Origin: Macrostomum lignano
Taxonomy: Eukaryota
Assembly: GCA_002269645.1 (NCBI GenBank)
Contig: NIVC01002703.1
Location: forward strand, 53,408-117,407
Direction of reading: 5' to 3'
Length of the DNA: 64,000 nt
The notes under the pieces were generated by a model, which was given only the letters and a program-made list of their open reading frames with translations, made no database searches and had not been told where the DNA came from. Position 1 is the stretch's first letter. Each line of letters opens with the position of its first letter. The position numbers and the translations under genes were made by a program. Shown here one piece after another: positions 23,101 through 36,478 of this stretch.

Positions 23101-26100
23101 CTATCTACACGTTTAAGTAGATATAAGAGAATAAAACGCATGCTCATGTAAATACCTGGCGATGCAGCATCCTGAAGAGGCCTACGAACTCCATTGGCCG
23201 AGTTGTCCACAGAGTCTGGACCATCTGTGACTGCGGACGGACCATTGTGGTGGTTTGATGACGTCACCTGCTGCTGACTGACCCGATGGTCCGGCGGAAC
23301 TGTGGGTGGATTGAGATTTGAGTCAGTGTAGCTTGCTGCTGTCATGTCGCAGCTTTTAGAGCTCAGCAATTGATCAGGATAGCTCAGCTTCAAGGATACC
23401 GGAGTAGCACTGAGTGAGAGTATCCGAGTCTCTCAGGTCACGTGTTTATTGCTTCAAAATGCCATTCAAACCTGAAGGCTTCTGGCAGTTACAAAATCGA
23501 ACGAATTTCTATAGTCGTGTCTTGTACGAAAATATTAAAAGGACTGTTCCTATCACTCAGAATAAAAGCGACTGTGTTAATTTGAACTTTAAAAGACCCA
23601 GTTATGTACATTTAAGGTCATATTACAGTGCGGAGGTAAGGAAGCACCGGGTCTCATATTTTTATCCGCTAGGTTTAGACAGGAATTTGCGAACTCTGCT
23701 AATTAATTCCTGTTTAGCCCTAGGATGAAAAAGAGGGGAAGGTAGAATTAGAAAAGTAAACTGGACGGAGAATTCAATTTCTAAGCCAGGGGGTCGGTAA
23801 ACTTTTTCGAACCTTAAATGCTAGAAATAGTATCTAGCGCAAGAGCCTGAGAGAGGAGAGGAGCTTGAAGAGGCCGGGGAGAGACGAGGGGATGGGGGAG
23901 GAGGGGAGAGGATGGGAGAATGGAGGGGAGAGGGGAGGGGAGAGGGTGAGAAAGAGGAGACGAGAGAGAGGGGAGGGGATGGGAGAGAGGAGAAAGAGGA
24001 GACGGGAGAGGAGGGGGAGGGGAGAGATGAGAGGAGAGAGGAGAGGGGAGATGAGTGGAGAGAGGGGAGAGACGAGGGATGGGGAGGAGGAGGGGAGAGG
24101 GGAGATGAGTGGAGAGAGGGGAGAGGAGGAGAGAGAGAGGAGAGAGAGGGGAGGGGATGGGAGAGAGGAGAGAGGAGAGAGTGGAGAGGGGAGAGAGGCG
24201 AGTGGAAAGGAGAGGGGAGATGAGTGAAGAGAGACGAAAGGGGAGAGGAGACTATAGGGGAGAGGAGAGAGCGACGATAGGGGAAGGGAAAATGAGAGAG
24301 GAGAGAAGAGAGAGAAAGAAGAGAGCTGAGATGAGACCCAAACCTTGAGCGGCCCGGATGGCTATTGTAAAGGTTTCACAGACCATTCATTTGTCTATGG
24401 AAAAAGTCCATACAGCACTATGCTTCCTCTAGAGAAACTCAAACACGTACTTTGCTCTTTTAACAGCCTCCAGCTCATTTCTAATAAAACCTAAATAATA
24501 AATACACGTAGATGATTTGAAATTTCAATTTCTTAGATAAAATTCCTGTTCTCAGAGTGAGAGCAACAATCAACGGTAAAAGGAACTTGAACATGAAGCC
24601 AAAGTCCTTGATAATCCTAAGCTTCAAGAGTTAAAATACCTCCTGCATCGTTGCCGCTCTCGTCCCGGCCATTATTGTTTGAGTCCTGACAACTGTTTGG
24701 GTTGTTCCTTTCGGTAGAGTCTGGTTCAACAGGCGCGGCCTCTGTGTGAACTGGCGGTATGTAAATGTACTTGGCCGAGGTGGCCGTCGGCTCGGACGGG
24801 TCATAGCCGTCGTGCCCCTCAGCCGTCGCAGAGCTGTTCAGCTCCCTCGAACGTCGGCTGCAGGACTGGACGCAGCCCATTTGCAGCAGCTCTTGGGCCT
24901 CTTTTGACAGAGAAGATCTGAGCTGGCGCGTTGAAACCGACTGTTGCAAAAGATTTGATCGTTCCCTTGGCTGCGTGCAAAGTCAGCTTGCTATTATCGC
25001 AGTTTAGAAGAAGACAGACCATGCGGGCAAACTCCAAGATAAGAAGCGATCAGTTTGTAAAGGAAGATTTGGTCGACTCCAGTATTACAATCGAATGCTT
25101 TTGGTGTCAGCTCTATTCGCAGAAGAACTCTGGCTCTGTACGCGGTAAAATGTCACACTATACTTCTCCTTGCACAGGCGCTGCGTACCCCACTCGACCC
25201 CCGATTCTCTTTCCACAGATTTTCTTTTCTATAGTCGAGTTGGATGCGGGAGAGAGAGAGAGTGTGTGTGTTTGGTTGAGTGTGGCCGCGAATGCACAGG
25301 GTGGTTTTAATAGCCTAAGCTTCACGAGCGTGTAGGCAGTTTGGCCTAGCACGAGAGACTTTCAAAACCAGCTAGCTCTGTACAGCATAGAATCTCTTGC
25401 CTCCTGCGACTCCGTTTTTCAAGTGCACGAAGCCTCGCTCATTGCAGTCGTTTCGCACGGCAGAATTTTATAGTTGAGGCTCATTAAATGACAAATCCGC
25501 CGGTATTTAGAATGACACACAAGATCTTCTGTATCTGTTTTGTACAGCCTGAGATCACTCAGGGGCTTTTGTTCCTTTATTTAGGTTCTTTAACTTCGTC
25601 ATAAGCTATTTATGAACTGTTCAGGAAAAACTTCATAGAAAGGAGTAAAACAAGAAGGTCCGATTGCCGCGACTTGTCAGAGAGGAAGGATTATAAGATG
25701 TTCGCAGTAATATGCTTAAGGGCGAGGCCTGCTGCATCCGTGTGCATGTGGTCAGATGGGGACCGTTGGCCAATAAAAACTGCACGGAGGCAACTCTAAT
25801 AGACATGCAGCATCTTTTTTTGCAGAGCAAATGTGAATAATTTAGAATACAGCACGAGACTCTGATGCAGATTTGAGTACTGCGTGCGCTACGATGGGAA
25901 TTGAACAAAGTACTGTAATGGGAGCGTAGATGCCTTCCTACTAATAAACTGTTTTATTAAGTACTTGAGAATGCAGAGCTATGAGAATCCAAATGTGCAC
26001 ATCTCTGTATTTCCCTCCAGAGAAACACTGCTTACTACTTTTAGTAGTCGAAAGTAGCGGTTATGATTTTTTCGGTTCAAATTAAAACTTGTAGAATATT

Positions 26101-29062
26101 AGATATTTCGCAATTATAGAGCGATTTTGTTAATTTTTTAGACCAATTTTAGCATTAGGCTCGATTTAATTCATTCTGTCCTGTCAGACAGCCCTGACAG
26201 AGAGATTCGTAGAATGCCCTCGGAATTGCGTAGTTTTGCGTCAAATTTATTGCACCAGAGATGAAAAACCCAAGTGTACCTTTGCCATTCTGCGACTTTT
26301 GACTCTCAATTAGTACGATTAGTGAACCGCGGGGCCGCCATCCACCATTGTATGTACAGCTGAATGTACAAACCTTAACAACTGTAGGGAGGAAGATAGA
26401 AAGGGAGGCCAGGGGACACGCCCGCCCTTAATCGCCCTTAATCGCCCTTAATCGAACTAAAACAAAAGCTTAACTTTTTCCATTTCTTCAACTCTTTTTA
26501 CAAGAGAGAGGGCGCCCAACAAGAGACAGGGGCGCCCAACAAGAGACAGGGGCGCCCAACAAGAGACAGGGGCGCCCAACAAGAGACAGGGGCGCCCAAC
26601 AAGAGACAGGGGCGCCCAACCAAGAGACAGGGGCGCTCACCAAGAGACAAGGGCGCCCAACAAGAGACAGGGGCGCCCAAGAAGAGACAGGGGCGCCCAA
26701 CAAGAGACAGGGGCGCCCAACAAGAGACAGGGGCGCCCAACAAGAGACAGGGGCGCCCAACCAAGAGACAGGGGCGCTCACCAAGAGACAAGGGCGCCCA
26801 ACAAGAGACAGGGGCGCCCAACAAGAGACAGGGGCGCCCAACAAGAGACAGGGGCGCCCACACCCAGAAAGACCAAAGGGCGCCCACTAGGAGACAAGCC
26901 CCCCCCCACCAAGAGAAAGCAAATATTGGTGCCCCTTAGGTTTGCGTCCCCTCCAAATAAAATTCCTGCAGAAGCCACTGGAAAGGGAAAAGTAATGCCT
27001 TCGAGACAGCTCGTAGAAATGGCTCTGAAAGTAGATCTCGGAAACTACTTCAGTAAGAGAGAAAGAGAGTTTAAATTCCGTCAAAGAAACAACCTTTGAA
27101 TTTGTGATAGAAAAAGGGACGCCTTAATCCAGTCTAAAAAAATTGAATCGGAGGTTTTTCTAGTTGATTCCACCATTGAGCCTGCGATGAGCAGCTGACT
27201 ACGGTACCGGCCGTATCCTGCAATTTATAATTAACTACATTTTTTCGTGCGCCTTCGCTACTCTATACAGGCGTGGCAGCAATTAGAGCTACCTGCTAAC
27301 CTCATGATGGAAGCACGACGGCAATTTTTTAATACTGATTTTGGAGCCCGCACACTGCACTGTCTGCACCTCATTGCTTGTAACGAGCGTACAAAACTTG
27401 TTTGTGCAGTCCATTCCTTCGAAAATACAAGGCAGTGTAGATATGCTAGCAAGCAAGCTTTTCCATCTCCGTTCACGATTAGCTGCTAAAATGTTTAAGG
27501 TTTTCAAACACAGTTCTGACAAAATTTGGTTCACGTATACGAGCTAAAATGATAATTCTGGTTTTGTAAACACGGGCCGTCAAGGCAGGGAGATGCAACC
27601 GCGTCTGTGCCGCAGTGCGCTGCAAGACTGAATGTTCTAAGACTGCCTACGCTCGATAAACTTTACTGGTTGAATTTGAGACTACTGTACGCTCGTACCG
27701 TCCAGAGTTTGGTTCAGCCCCTTTAGCTTCTTTCCCAGCGACTTTTAACACAAAAAGGTATTCAATAACTACTCGTTGATGTCGGTTCCAGTCAGCGCAA
27801 TGCGACATCCAGCTACGCTGGGTACGTTGGCGATGGTCAGAATGTTGCACGGGCTTAAGGGTGCCCTTTCCGACCCCAGTGCGGTCCGCGAGACTCTCCG
27901 TTGACTCCATCAACACACTAAATATGGTTGATAAATCATCTCACCAAGAGAACTCCAAACAGGTGTTCCATTTTTGGAGCTGGGTCAATTGTTCCATGCT
28001 GCTTGTGAAGTTTTAGTGACTATAGTAACCCAAAGACCTTGCAAGTTGCAGATGCTCAATAAACAAGTATAAATTGAGCTTGAGCATGAAAACACAATAA
28101 AATGTCGAACGAAAATCCGCTTGCAATAAAGCTCGTATGCTACATTATGAAATAAAGACCTCATTAAAACCTAGGCTTCTCAATGTCATTCAATCCTCAC
28201 TCTCTGCAAGTACGAGATGTACTAAACAAATGTTCAACCTTTAATTTAGCATTCTGATGAGATATCCCTCTTGGATATTCTGAACAGCCAAGTATAATTA
28301 CATGTATATATGCGCATGTACGAGGGGCAGTAGCCCAGCAATCTGGCGTGGCGCTCGGATGTGCCAGCGGCCCAGGCTCGATTCCAAGTGCAGTTACATT
28401 AATTTGGGACTAAATTGGAATCTCGGCTTGGCTCTGCTAGTGAAATTAACGCCCTTGGAGGCCTGCAACCCCCAAAGCACACTGAAGCGTACATGCCTAA
28501 CGATAAATAAAGTTAGGGCCGCTGTACACTCCTGTGTGAGTGTGTGCCTGTACGTATGACTGCGTACGTATCCGCGCGCTTGTGTGCCTGCTCAGGGGAG
28601 TCGGTGGAATGGGCAGCCATTCCTCTCGCCGGTTGTGTTACAATGTCGCTTAAAGTGCACCAGGGTGCACACAGCCCCTGTCTCTAAAAATGTACACGCA
28701 CAGTATGCTGAGCTAGACATAAATTCATTATTTAATATATATGTGAAGTGTAAACCTAGGATTATTACAACGTCGGCTGGCAAAAAAATCTGCTGGCAAA
28801 TGTCACGATCCATTTGCAGCTTTTGACTTATGCACCAATGTCAACAAGCATTGAGAAGCTCACCAGTGCCTCTTTCTCCCCGGACATCTCGCAGGCTGGA
28901 CGATTGACTGGATCCATCAGAATTCTGCGTTGAATCGCTCGAGTTGCCGCTGTCTTTAGCGCCCGATTTGCCCCATTTCCATGGCCTGAGCAGTTTGCCG
29001 AGAGTGATGAACTTGCTTCCACCTGGCTGCGACACCGTTCTGAATGGTCTGTGCCGTTCCAT
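17166..29062 (-). CDS. PHACTR: Phosphatase and actin regulator (Phactr, RPEL-repeat protein), multi-exon
   Basis: Exons: 28864-29062 (SKFITLGKLLRPWKW, cf. Phactr SKFANLGRIFKPWKW); about 24640-24940; 23156-23338; 22097-22243; 21331-21438; 17754-18535 (RPTAEELENRNIL, RPTVHELRKRRIIDFNDYVEV, DKPWTRLTATDK); 17166-17258 (ARIRKELNDFKANEMPVHEESRKHTRFHKP*). The last two exons are unambiguous. Central exons are inferred from GT-AG sites and phase. The 28864-to-24940 junction is not phase-resolved. Confidence 0.85.
18855..20613 (+). mobile_element. Crypton-like (DUF3504 tyrosine recombinase) DNA transposon inserted in a Phactr intron
   Basis: Encodes a DUF3504/YR ORF. Left end is an 89-bp hairpin; right end has a 26-bp palindrome; GCCATAGAC is repeated at 18937-18945 and 20605-20613. 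Exact boundaries are inferred. Confidence 0.7.
19158..20418 (+). pseudogene. DUF3504 / tyrosine-recombinase-like ORF with one frameshift (about 19810-19820) and one in-frame TAG (about 19860)
   Basis: Motifs VPESTRRKERWALKLF, FLFEVRKTDGTKY, NFAIRGGTE, (frame change) MLVYRE*RSTKTNNAG, ERCLPCIY, WYQNGPIG, FSNQSLRKTCASTL, RVTGHSS.AIERY are typical of DUF3504/CryptonA-family YRs. Confidence 0.85.
22795..23101 (-). mobile_element. tRNA-derived SINE family 1 copy with TSD
   Basis: Same sequence as the 8236 and 12485 copies; ACACGTTTAA is duplicated on both flanks. Confidence 0.85.
23850..24335. repeat. GA-rich low-complexity tract (inside a CAGGGGGTCGGTAAACT-headed repeat starting at 23787)
   Basis: Almost pure purine run; the ORFs here are compositional artefacts. 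Confidence 0.8.
26501..26885. repeat. 20-bp minisatellite (AAGAGACAGGGGCGCCCAAC)n
   Basis: 20-nt periodicity. Confidence 0.95.
28324..28690 (+). mobile_element. SINE family 2 (tRNA-like head, A-rich tail)
   Basis: GTAGCCCAG A-box-like and GCTCGATTCC B-box-like motifs; aligns end to end with 45775-46138. Confidence 0.75.
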
Positions 29063-30920
29063 TCAGGCTATGTACGGCTGCTGTAACTTATTAGTTTCAG
29101 TGTTTAAAGAAAGTTATTCTGCTGAAAATTTGAGCAAATTTTTTGTATTAATATTTAAACTATCGTCTTATAAGTTTAAAACAAATAATAAGTTGCTAGA
29201 ATTGTTTTAGTCAAGACTGCATGATGTAAACTATAATCTCTCATAGAACTTGTAAAATAAGTACGTTAAAACAACCTTAAAGTCCATGATATATTGCTAA
29301 ATATTTTAAGTGTTAGTAGATTTTTATTTTTCTTTGCCAGCTGTGATATTGATATGAGATAGAATTTTATTTTTACGATAAATAATAACCGCTTTTTACA
29401 TCCGAATTGAGCTATATCTAAGTTATTAGCAGTCATTGTGCTTTATTAAAAAAAGTTTACTTATGAACATCAAAATCTTCAATTGAAGTATTTTTGCTTT
29501 AAAAACAATTACATAACAATTGGATTCATAATTTTATTTCTCGCTAATAAACTTTTTATAATCTAGCGTTAGTAACTGCAATATAATACAGAAAATTATA
29601 AAAAGCTACATATTGAACTAAAAAAGCTCAAAAAAAATTTTCTTGCTTCACAAATCAGAAATAAAAGATAGAGAAAAATCGAGTGCTTTAAGTCTCAACA
29701 AATAGGATTTTTAGGACTTCCAGTCAATTCATATTCACCAAAAACTTGTGGGTTCAACCAGGATTATTTTTTAGAAACTGCATTCGACATAGTAAATTTA
29801 TTCCAGTATGTACGACCGTATTTGTATTCGTCGACCTTAAAATTGCAAACGAAACGAAGGATGTCTGTTTTAAACTGAATAAAATTTTCTTTATCGTAGT
29901 AAATAAAACAAAGGTTCCGACAAGAGTAGTAAATCGAAGCACAGTAAAAAACTGAGTTTATTGAATTTTCATTAGCCTTGCGGTCTTTAAATTAGAATTG
30001 CTAACAGTAATAATTCATTACGCAGGTTGATATTTGTTGTATTTTTGAAGATGGACTAAACGCTTGTAGCTCGTGTATAGCTCAACAACTTAGACTTTCA
30101 CTCATTCGTCACGATTGACAACCTTTCACGGGACGGTATTTCTCTTGGAATTATAAAATTGTTTAACTCTTCTCATCGCGTGCGAATTGTACAACCAGCT
30201 ACGCTACACGTAGCCTAAACATGCACTCTTTATTACACCATGAAATTCATGTACTGTATCAATCATGAACATTCGTAGAAGAACGAGTAATTATACATGT
30301 CTATTTTTTTAATTTTAAAGCTTTACGTCCTATTAGATCTTGTTTATAAAGTCGAAAAATCGATCAAAAAGTGGCATGCATACACTTCTATGCATCCAGC
30401 ATACGTGAATATATGTTCTTACGTACAGTAGTTTAAATATTTAAAAAAAAAGTTTTTTGCTCATTTGCTCATTTGCTCAAGCAAAACTTGAGCTTGATAA
30501 CTAAAGGAATGATCCAACCAAAATCAATTTTTATTGGATTTTTACTTTAGAGAAAATTTGTTAAGGTTTGAAAAAATTATAGAATAATATTAAGCGCGCA
30601 TAAAAAAGTGAAAAGTCTGTCTGAATAGCCAACGTGCAAATCACACACCGTTGCAGCATTCATAATTTTTTAATTAAACAGTAAAAATTCTAGATTCAGG
30701 ACGCTTATGCAGTTACACAATTTCTAATCCGTGAAGGAGAGCTATCATAAATTTTTTTATAATGTCCCACCACTCACCATATCGTGCATGTAATTATAAC
30801 GGTGCATGTAACCTTCGCTGATCCAATTGACATACATGTACATGCTGTGTACATGTCTCGAGATCCCACTTGAGTTAGATACACTGGTTTCTCTGTATCA
30901 TGTCTGTGTATTATGCAGAT

Positions 30921-31188
30921 CAGGGGCGGTTGTCCTCGGGGGTGGGGACAGAGGGACATATCATTCTAGGAAAAGATATGGGGGGGGCATGCCAATTAAT
31001 GCTTTGTACCCCTCACGCTCCACATTGTGACGCGTTATGGGAATCAAAAGTTTTACTTCAGGACGCCAAAAATACAACATATAGTGGCGCCAAAACAGTG
31101 CCTTAAATATTGTAGAAATTTAGTCATGAACATTTAGAATCCATTGGCTTTGTCTCCCACCATAAAATCCATGCAGGCGACGCCCTTA
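30921..31188. mobile_element. Non-autonomous hAT-type MITE
   Basis: Starts CAGGGGCGG and ends GACGCCCTTA; perfect 8-bp TSD ATGCAGAT (30913-30920, 31189-31196). Confidence 0.75.
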
Positions 31189-31470
31189 ATGCAGATAGAT
31201 CATGGTGCTTATCTTTTAGGCTCAAATTAACCGATACACTTTTTACGCACAATCGCATTATGAAAATTCTAATAAACAAAATAATTAGAGTGAATTTTCA
31301 TTTCTAGTATATGGAAATATACAAAAATTAAGAAGACTTTTACGATCTGTACGATCTTATGTACGATCGACATGTACGATCTTATCCTTCCTATTAAAAA
31401 TCACGGAGTTACACGGAGAAATCGTTCCGGAATGTTCATCGACTGCTGGCTGTATAATATCGATGAAAAT

Positions 31471-34400
31471 TTAAAATTTTAGAAGCTTTTGAAGCAAGGA
31501 GGGCCGGTGCTTCACCAAGTTTTTACAGTCTTCGTCGACTTTCATCGATGAGGCTTCAGGCGGCTTCGGCGGCAGAGCGAAATGCGGCGCGAACTCAAAC
31601 GACTTGGACTCCGGGTGGTCTCCGTATGTGAACACGCCGGTCTTGTAGATGTTTCTGACGGCGTTCTGCTGCGAGTTTTCTTCGGGGTCGTGCGGATGAA
31701 CTCTGGCTTTACTTCTTGAGCTCACGAGAAGTCTGAGCGAGACCAATTTGGCCATGTCGATGAGGAGCTCCAGCATCTCAACGAGGGTGACGATGGACAC
31801 TCCAACCCACAGGCCTTTAAATCGATATTTTCCACACGTTAATCAATAAATTGTTGGTATTTGTTGACTACTGTGAGCAACATTTTGATTCTGTTTAGAT
31901 TTTGTGTAGGATCAAGGACAACCAAAACACTGTGGACGCGAAACGAGCCAAATCATACATGGTGAAAAAAGTTAAGGCCTCGTTTGAAAGCAGTAATGTA
32001 CGTTCTATGCCGCTCCAACTGCAATTCTCAAGTCTCAAAAAGTGTGAGGGCAAATAACAAGCCCTCAAATCTTGTGCGAATTTGAAAAATGCCGAGAAAG
32101 TGCGGCGTCTTTACCTGCAGATCAAACTATATCTCAGAAAACCTTTTAGACAACCTTCTGAACCTTGTGAAGCAATAATAATAGAACTGTGTGGCCTTAG
32201 TCTTTTCAGCAGCTGAGCAGTGATCGTAATGTACCGTATTTAATGCATAAAAACCTGCGCACCCATAAACTTGAATGAGCCCCCAACTTTTTTCACCATG
32301 ATTTAATGGTTCATTTCGCGTCTCGAGTGTTTTAGTTGTCCCTGTGCAGGATATTTATTTGCTACAATCAGAACACTGGGAGAAGCTAAGAAAGCGTAGC
32401 TCGACAAAGGATCATAGAAACATAAACGCAAAAAGCATGATATTCTTAGATCCTTTTGATGTGGTCAACTGAACAAACCTTTGAGTAATGAAGCTAATTC
32501 TGCACTCACCCAGAATGCCGCCCAGGTCGGAGAACAGATTCCGCAGCAGGTAGGCAAACGACTCAGTGAAGACGCTGGTCTTCGTTGACATCGGGTGCAG
32601 GTCCAACACGCTGAGGCTCGGATGCTCGAAAAGGGAAAAGTTCGTATTGTTGTACAACCGTTGCAGCCGTCGCTTCTCCCAGCTGGTGTTCTGTATTCTA
32701 TCCAGAGTTTGCTTCGCGTAGCGCCGGACAACTTGAGCAGCCAGCTGGAAATCCTTGGGCCAGCTGGAAGTGGTCGTGATGTCCCTGTAGCGCGTTCTGG
32801 TGCAGCGGACTTTGCAATTTGTTGTAGTAACTCCTTGCGATTTCTGACGGTTTAGAACTTGATCGTAGCATCGAAGAAATGTCTTGCTGCGATTGAAGTT
32901 TAAACTATCCCAATTGTCCTTCAGGTAATCCGACAACATAATTAATTTATCAAAGTCGAATGACCGATCGTCCGGTTCCGACCAGTTTGATATTCTGTAG
33001 TCCGTGTGCCCCACGGTGCCATCGTCGTGACGGAACGTAACAGCATAAATGTTCTGATGTAGTACCTGAAAATTCAAAAGTTTTTGTTACAATTGGAAGT
33101 AAATTTAATTAACTTCAATTCCCTGCCTGGTTCCCCACTTACTGTACTGCACAACAAAATTTTCAGTGTGTGAAGCAAGCCTCTCTTTTCACATATTCGC
33201 AACGTCAGCGAACGCAGAATGCTCACCCGATACCCTAATTATACAGATTACTATCGACCTATCAATGCTACAAACGTACCTCATCCGGAAGCTGATGGCA
33301 CACTAACGTGTCGTTCATGAGGTCACTAGGCAGTGGCAGGTGTGTGCCAAGACAGCCACAGGTATCTCTGAACTCTTCCTGTTTAATTCGAATCACGCAG
33401 TCCTGGTAGTCGCCGAAGAAGCTCTGGTTCTCAAAGTTGTCAGGGTACGAATAGTTCATGGTGTAGGTGACGTTCGGCAGGTTTTTGCTGCAGGGCGTAG
33501 CGTCGCGATTGACCTTCGTGACGGTCTCAGCGTACACTCGAGCGGTGGTTTTCTGGCCAAACGGAACTTTGAAGCCTAGCGACATGTCTGGCTTGAAGCC
33601 TGCAGTTTTGGTTTTAGATTTAGGTTTAGATTTAGGTTTAGATTTAGGTTTTAGATTTGGGAGAAGCCTGGATAGTCGCTTTCCTTTCAATAGCATTGCA
33701 CGCTCGTGCAATAAACGGTTAAAACAGCTGATGTGTCAAGCAGTCTGAAAGCAACAGACCAGCTGCATGACTAACCAGAGTCAGCAGAGCAGCTCAGCTC
33801 AGTCTGACTCTCTCGCATAAGCCTCGGTTCGATTCCGTATTCCGTGCATGGCCACATTCATTTGAGACCTGTGCACCGAAGTTTTGTTGGAGAGTTTTCG
33901 TTCGATTCGCGTCCATGAGGGCCTACCCACAGGGCACAGAAAGCTTGCATGCCTGACTATTAGAAAGTCAGGGCTGCTGTATACCCTGTGTGTGTGTGTG
34001 TGTGTACAGTATTGGCGCGCTTGGATGTGCTCAGAAGTCTGCAGAATGGGTAGAATTGCCATCAGCGCTGCAGTTGTGAGAATATGTCACTGAAGGCATC
34101 GAAGAAGGCACTGAAGACTCACCACTCTCATGCAGGGCAACCTGGAAGCCGGGCACATAGTCGATTTGCTCCTCGTCAGTGAGGTAGTTTTCAGTGACGT
34201 GATGAAGCACCAGGTAGAGACCGTTGCCAGGTCCGGCGTTAACGATCGTGCGGTTCGCGGGGGTGAACGAGATGCACATTAACCTTTGGATTTTTAATTG
34301 TTTCGAACGAAGTAAAATTGTCTTATTAATCTCATCTCAATCTAAAACTGATATGAGCACCTACCCTTCCTCGTCTTTGTATGTGGTGAAGTTCTCGAAT

Positions 34401-35445
34401 GAGCAGGGCTGAGAGTTGTACCGGCAGTACAGCACCGTCTCGTAGGGTTGCTGGAATAAATTTCCCCGGTAGGCCACGGCTCGAAGAGAAAGCCGTCCGT
34501 GGTGATAGTAGTTGTAAGGAAATACCCTCAGTGAGGCATTCCAATTTTCTGAGCCAAGAAGTTTGTACACTCGATTGTTGTCAAGAACCATGTCCTGAAG
34601 GCATCTGAAGTAGTCTGAAAAGTTTTCAAAAATGACTAGTTGTATGTTAATTGCACATGATCAAGAGAAACCAATTTTTGCGTGATCACGAGGCTTGTAC
34701 GTGATTTGTTGCCCCGGTGTACCGCATATGCTCTGTGGCTTCAACTGCTGCTCCCTTCAGAACCGCAATGATCATTTTCAATCCTCCCTGAGTTGCTCTC
34801 AGCTTGACATCGTTGCGCATAGTGCAATATGGGTTTTGAACTTCCATTAACGAATCTTTATCCAATGTACCTTAGACGGAAGGCAAGCGTATACTAAAAC
34901 ATATCAGGATGTATTATTCGATTTGAAGCTCTGTCAATAGATACATGTACAATAATATTCACAGGAGGGCTGTGGGCACTCTGGCAACATCCCACAACCA
35001 GTGCCAAACTCCGCAGACTCCTGAGCACATGCAAGCGCACCAATACAGTACGCAGGTAAGCTTCACAAGTAAGCATTATCAAAATTGGAGAGTGTCTCAT
35101 GTCCTTACTCATAGGAATAAAAAGCGGAACAGGTTGACAAAAGTCCACGAAATTGTCCGTCGGGCAGATGGTCACGGTCGGGAACTGGAAGTCGGCGCCC
35201 TCGTTGGAGAACTCGGTGCTCACCGGGTAGCTCAGGTACCTCTGCGCCAGCTCAGCCAGATGCAGAGAGAACCCGATGCAGGCTCCCATGATGGCCAGAG
35301 CCCAGATGAGGCGGCGGAGGCTGGAGCCCTGCGTGAGTCGCACTAAACCGTGAGCCGTGGTCTGCTGGGCGAAGGAGATCAGCGCCTTCTCGCGGAGCTG
35401 CCGCGACAGGGTGTCCGACTGCTGTCCGGCTGATGTCGCCTCCAT
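31471..35445 (-). CDS. DEG/ENaC (amiloride-sensitive sodium channel family) subunit
   Basis: Exons about 35445-35109, 34614-34365, 34283-34123, 33599-33280, 33065-32510, 31814-31471, with compatible phases. Motifs: FAQQTTAHG, TM1, FPTVTIC, Cys-rich thumb (CGCLG), SSWP, AY..LFSDLGGILG|LWVGVSIVTLVE (TM2, GxS filter). An extra small exon between exons 1 and 2 cannot be excluded. Confidence 0.92.
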
Positions 35446-35450
35446 GGTGC

Positions 35451-35641
35451 TGACGAGCTGGTTTACTTCAATCGGGGGGCGGTGACTCGCTAGGGTCTCT
35501 GTGCTTGCTTGCGGCTTGAGCTGGGAACTGTGAGGGTAGATTTCTGCTCATCCATCTAACTTATAGAGGCCCGAGCATCTGCTGCGCATGTCATAGCCTG
35601 TAGATATTGTCATGGTCACTCTGACCGATAGTAGGGCTGCA
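35451..35641. repeat. About 190-bp direct repeat (copy 1; copy 2 at 36479-36676) immediately upstream of the ENaC ATG; solo-LTR-like
   Basis: The two copies are near-identical and bounded TG...CA; copy 1 is flanked by GTGC on both sides. Confidence 0.75.
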
Positions 35642-35963
35642 GTGCGGAGCAGCAGCAGGTGACTTGCGGGGGTCGGGTGTAGTTGCGCTGATCTCTCAGT
35701 GACTGGAGCTGAGCACACGTGCTAATTAGATTTAGACAGGGGTTGAATAATTTGTCTTTGCGACGATTATTTACGGAGGATAGTGGCTGCATTAAGCAGC
35801 ATTAATCTCATTAAAGCAGTTTTAGCTACAAATTGTTGGACTTTATGGCGCCAGAAATTCCAAGAGTCTACAGCTTATTTTAATTGGCAACTCTGTTTGC
35901 GGTAGATAAAAAACCATGAGAACAATCTACAGAATCTTCCGGATCGGATTAAGCAGGAACAGA

Positions 35964-35983
35964 TCTCTCTCTCTCTTTCTCTT

Positions 35984-36054
<71 letters not shown>

Positions 36055-36057
36055 ACT
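35964..36057. repeat. (TC)n microsatellite
   Basis: Direct inspection. Confidence 0.95.
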
Positions 36058-36478
36058 CTTAAAGAAATTTCTGTTCACTTCCAAGGGCTATAGCTCAAAT
36101 CGAATGTGGTTTCCAACAGATCAAATTTGAATAATTTTTTATTCAGTCTGTAGCGTCAAGTCTGAAGATCAGGGCTTGAGACTGCCGAACAGTGGGTCAG
36201 TTAGCAAAGTTGAGCACCTGTGTTAGGGTGCCAATGGTAGATTGTATAGTATGCAACTGAGTTGAATAATGGCCAAAACTCGAGTGCGCGTAGCGCACGA
36301 GTGTCTATGGCCATTATTCAACGAAGTTGCATACTATACAAGTGCATTGTATTTATACTTTCACTCAGCGCCCAGTCATTATTCCACACTTTTGCGGCCA
36401 TTATTCCACACTTTTGTCGCTGTCATTATTCCACACTTTTTATCATGCTTCAATTGGCTGTTTTAAGAGTTGTTTTAC

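Noticed and set aside
27647-27916. ORF with HQRVVIEYLF, faintly like a mariner transposase N-terminus
   Set aside because: No DD34D motifs or TIRs are visible; the similarity is too short to call.
28250-28290. CTGATGAG followed by an ATATCC/GGATAT hairpin, resembling a hammerhead ribozyme core
   Set aside because: The required GAAA after stem II is absent (CTGAAC), and stems I and III were not found.
33600-33662. (TTTAGATTTAGG)n telomere-like run translated as PKSKPKSK in the ORF track
   Set aside because: It lies in the ENaC intron before the acceptor at 33599; it is a short simple repeat, not coding.
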